A stretch of DNA of 63,862 nt, counting the filler, from Olpidium bornovanus S191 (Eukaryota > Fungi > Olpidiomycota): the NCBI GenBank assembly GCA_017911155.1. It is 26 parts of 26 records of this genome, joined end to end, with 100 filler letters (N's around TTAATTAATTAA, not from the genome) between each part and the next. Parts side by side here need not be neighbours in the genome. Positions count along the whole stretch, not along the records: positions 59,670 to 63,862 come from JAEFCI010008443.1; 25 more parts are not named here. The stretch is one strand, 5' to 3'. Position 1 is the first letter of the stretch. Each line of letters begins with the position of its first letter. Shown here one piece after another: positions 62,801 through 63,862 of the stretch. Under the pieces are notes generated by a model. That model made no database searches, was not told the DNA's origin, and saw only the letters and a list, made by a program, of their open reading frames with translations. Both the position numbers and the translations under genes were made by a program.

Positions 62801-63756
62801 GGCCTCCAAAGTTTTTTCCCGCGCTCAGGGTTTTTGAGCCGGGCTTTTTTATTGGTGCCTCTAATATTGTGAATCCTTATTTTCATTCCGGGATCGATTG
62901 ATTCCACCTCCGTGGAAGATCTCACCGAGGAAATCTTGTCTCACCTCGACGGGTACCGATCAAGCAGGCCAGTGCGCGTTGGAAACGGAGCGTACAGTCA
63001 GGTAGGAGTATCCCCAAACTACGCTCCGCCATTTGTCCTCCGTTTTTAGGCCCGTTGTGATATTCCGTTACGGACGTTCTGATCTGACTGCCGTTCCTTC
63101 GGCCCACGGAACAGCTTCAACTTGATATATATGGCGAGGTCAGCTCACAAAAACGGGGCCGCGGCGTTGCGTATTTTGCTGTCGGTGGCAACGGCGGTTG
63201 AATGTTTCGAATGTTCACGCGCACCTGACCCACTGCTGGACCTCCGTACGCAGTTGATGGACAGGTACGTGAGGCATTAGCATACGTTAACGGGACCCGT
63301 TGTGAAATGTTTCTTGAGGTTCTTAATCGCTGCTCGCATAGCGTCTACCTCGTCAACAAGTATGGGTCCCCAATTGGTGGGAGATGATTATTTGACCTTC
63401 TAAAGGGGAGTTTCCATGTTCTCCGACAAGCACTCAACTGAACATTTGGCCCTCAACAGGGTATGACTTGTGGCTGACACTGGTCAATATCGTAAACTAC
63501 GTGTGCGATAATTACCATCGGAAAGATGAGGTCGGTTGAGATTTGCTTGTCTGCGACGGCATTTGCGAAGCGGCTGAAAGGCTGAGCAGGCCATTCCTTA
63601 AAACTTCAAAGGGGATATGGGAGGTACGCGGCGGCTCGCAACATTTTGTGTACAGGTTAGTACCCGTGATTATACGGCGAACGGAAACTTGGTGCCGCTC
63701 ATTTTGACTTCGTCAATTTCCTCCACGTGATTCCAGCAAGGTCATGTGCTGGGTTG
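59900..63756 (+). CDS. Glycoside hydrolase family 15 (bacterial-type trehalase/glucoamylase-like), many short exons, 3' end beyond the window
   Basis: [153 protein letters not shown]. Confidence 0.93.
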
Positions 63757-63862
63757 GTGAGTTGAGGTTCGACCTCGCTGCGACCTCGTTGCGATTTTTA
63801 TTTTTATTTTTATTTTTTCCTTTTTTGGGCACGGCGTTCTGGTTTATAACAACGTACTCCAA

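Overview
This window is not one contiguous locus. It is 26 short contigs (about 1-5 kb) joined by 25 identical 100-nt artificial linkers (N44-TTAATTAATTAA-N44), so gene order across linkers carries no meaning. The DNA is GC-rich, intron-rich and eukaryotic. Fungal genes (KRE2/KTR mannosyltransferase, Ssk2 MAPKKK, Mss4 PIP5K, homocitrate synthase) occur together with a flagellar gene (DRC11/IQCA1), which points to a zoosporic fungus; an Olpidium-like obligate parasite is my inference. Other recognisable genes or fragments are a RhoGAP, an atypical eIF4E, RRB1/GRWD1, a chromodomain protein, a CCHC zinc-knuckle protein, mitochondrial ProRS, a MARK/Par-1 kinase, a class III nucleotidyl cyclase and a GH15 hydrolase. 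There are many decayed Ty1/Copia and Ty3/Gypsy pieces. The top finding is an in-frame Hint-domain intein inserted exactly at the hinge (MEY|C) of the Ssk2/Wis4 stress MAPKKK kinase domain, which is not one of the classic fungal intein hosts. Also notable are a heavily decayed homocitrate synthase pseudogene, an eIF4E lacking the Trp73 equivalent, a 450-nt cluster of hairpins with strand-biased G-U pairs, and Copia elements with half-tRNA primer sites. All assignments come from reading the sequence by eye; no database searches were run.
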